From Flavobacterium sp. (GTDB lineage Bacteria > Bacteroidota > Bacteroidia > Flavobacteriales > Flavobacteriaceae): a stretch of DNA of 63,537 nt. The notes under the pieces were generated by a model, which saw only the letters and a list, made by a program, of their open reading frames with translations, did no database searches and was not told the DNA's origin. Positions 62,120 through 63,537 of the stretch are shown here, piece after piece; the first letter of the stretch is position 1, and every line of letters begins with the position of its first letter. The position numbers and the translations under genes were made by a program. The DNA lies in contig JBFHGP010000001.1 in assembly GCA_041583035.1 (NCBI GenBank), positions 1 to 63,537 on the forward strand, in the 5' to 3' direction.

Positions 62120-62401
62120 ATGTTATTAGAAATTGTATCACCCGAAGCCACCTTGTTTAAAGGGCAAGTAGATGCGGTGTCAGTGCCAGGCGTTGACGGA
62201 GAGTTTCAGATGCTCAATAACCACGCAGCTATTGTGTCTATGTTGGTGAAAGGTAACATCAAGATTGTTGGTAAAAACTTGAAGTTTGATGAAAAATTTG
62301 CCAAACGTTTCGAAAAGCTAACAGACCAAGAATACTACCTGCCTATAGAAACAGGTACGATAGAGTTGAAAGACAACAGAATAAATATTTTGGCGAGCTA
62401 A
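62120..62401 (+). CDS. atpC: ATP synthase F1 subunit epsilon (short form lacking the C-terminal helices)
   Basis: LEIVSPE, PG..GEFQML.NHA; follows atpD. Confidence 0.93.
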   Translation: MLLEIVSPEATLFKGQVDAVSVPGVDGEFQMLNNHAAIVSMLVKGNIKIVGKNLKFDEKFAKRFEKLTDQEYYLPIETGTIELKDNRINILAS

Positions 62402-62421
62402 AAGTCAATTTATATCAATAC

Positions 62422-62456
62422 AAAAATCCGATCTATTCTTTAGGTCGGATTTTTTT
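62422..62456 (+). terminator. Terminator after atpC
   Basis: AAAAATCCGA-TCTATTCTTTAGG-TCGGATTTTTTT. Confidence 0.85.
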
Positions 62457-62950
62457 GTGGCTACTTGGCACAAATTTTCTCGTTTTTTAATGAAATAGTC
62501 CCGTTGTGAGATTATTTTTGCGGCTTATTTAACTGATTGTCAGTAATTTGTGTATTTTGTCAAAAAAATAATGTGACCTAAGTGACTTTCTGTTGTCTAA
62601 TATATAATCGTAAAGATATAATATATAATCGTAGGATAGAATTTGTGTTAAGTGTAAAATGCTAGATATACAAGTTTACGTATGATTGTATTTTATGTGT
62701 GGAAAAGTAATGATAGACTATTAAAATATACTGTCTCTTAGTTTTTATATATTGTGAGGGGGGAATATCTAGGAGTGTCTATATTGTGTATTGTGTATTG
62801 TGAGTAAGAAGTGTTTTTTTAGTGTTACTATTATGTTATTTTTACATAAAAAAACATTTTTTTATGAAATATGTTATTTTTTTTGTATATTTGGTAAAAT
62901 ATATTTTTGTCAGGAAATAAATTAATTTAAATAAAGTAAATAAATATATT

Positions 62951-63537
62951 ATGAACAGAAAATTACTAGCAGCTGTTGTTCTTGTAAGTGCTTGGGGGGC
63001 ATACGGCCAGGTGGGTATAGGGACGCTTACGCCAAATTCTTCTTCACAACTAGATGTTGTAGCGGATAACAAAGGGGTCTTGTTGCCTCGTGTTGCATTA
63101 AATTCATCTACAGATAACACTACAATAATTAATGGAAACGTTAATAGTCTGTTGGTTTTTAATACCAATACAGAAAATGATGTTACACCAGGATATTATT
63201 ATTGGTATGTTGATAAATGGATGCGTATTGTTAATCACGAAGATTTGGCCGCATTGGATAAAAATACCACCAATGTAAGCTTGATTACAGAAAATGATAA
63301 TTTGGTTTTGACTGATAGTGACGGAAACACAGTTTCTGTGCCGTTATTAGATGTCAATATACCATCTACCTTAGTAGACAACACCGACGGAACATATACT
63401 TATACAAGCGAAGACGGCACACAAACGATAGTAGACGTACCCGCAAGTGTAGTAAATCAGTTTGAGGACATCACCAACAGTGGTCCTGTAACCGTAGATG
63501 GTAACACGTACAACACCATCGAGGAGTACATCGAAAA
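62951..63537 (+). CDS. Large secreted/surface repeat protein (5' part only)
   Basis: Missing from track because no stop lies in the window. MNRKLLAAVVLVSAWGAYG-QVGIGTLTPNSSSQLDV..NKGVLLPRVAL..PGYYYW, then LVDNTDGTYTYTSEDG; TATATTTG promoter at 62886-62893. Confidence 0.85.
   Translation, partial: MNRKLLAAVVLVSAWGAYGQVGIGTLTPNSSSQLDVVADNKGVLLPRVALNSSTDNTTIINGNVNSLLVFNTNTENDVTPGYYYWYVDKWMRIVNHEDLAALDKNTTNVSLITENDNLVLTDSDGNTVSVPLLDVNIPSTLVDNTDGTYTYTSEDGTQTIVDVPASVVNQFEDITNSGPVTVDGNTYNTIEEYIE

Noticed and set aside
62842-63168. 108-aa minus-strand ORF and the many other short antisense ORFs in the track
   Set aside because: They are shadows of well-supported genes on the opposite strand or in other frames, with no motifs of their own.

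Overview
AT-rich chromosomal segment of a Flavobacteriaceae (Bacteroidota) bacterium, judged from TAnnTTTG promoters, T9SS genes (sprE, a CTD-bearing S8 protease), a SusC/SusD pair and a split atpBEFHAG / atpDC ATP synthase. Most of the window is housekeeping: lspA, nbaC, hemL, hutU, rnhB, gltA, sufABCD, gpsA, nadD, gmk, panCD and glmS. I saw no rRNA, tRNA, CRISPR array, integrase or transposase. Small accessory insertions sit between the core genes. (1) A four-helix-bundle (IVP/bAvd-like) gene lies inside the suf operon, frameshifted by a 4-bp GATC duplication, and every spacer of that operon carries GTTTAAA-type heptamer repeats. (2) A three-gene lipoprotein array has a constant 3' end/junction and hypervariable patches. 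(3) A PadR regulator with three palindromic operators precedes three membrane proteins with a constant N-terminus and variable C-terminus. (4) A lipoprotein gene is bracketed by a 44-bp duplicated terminator. (5) A RelE/ParE toxin-antitoxin pair is present. (6) A Cys-rich mini-domain is fused in frame to HutU. (7) A candidate ~110-nt sRNA/attenuator precedes an ABC transporter. Both window ends cut through genes absent from the ORF track: a TPR-LytS kinase on the left and a repeat-rich surface protein on the right. All family assignments are from motif recognition, not database searches.
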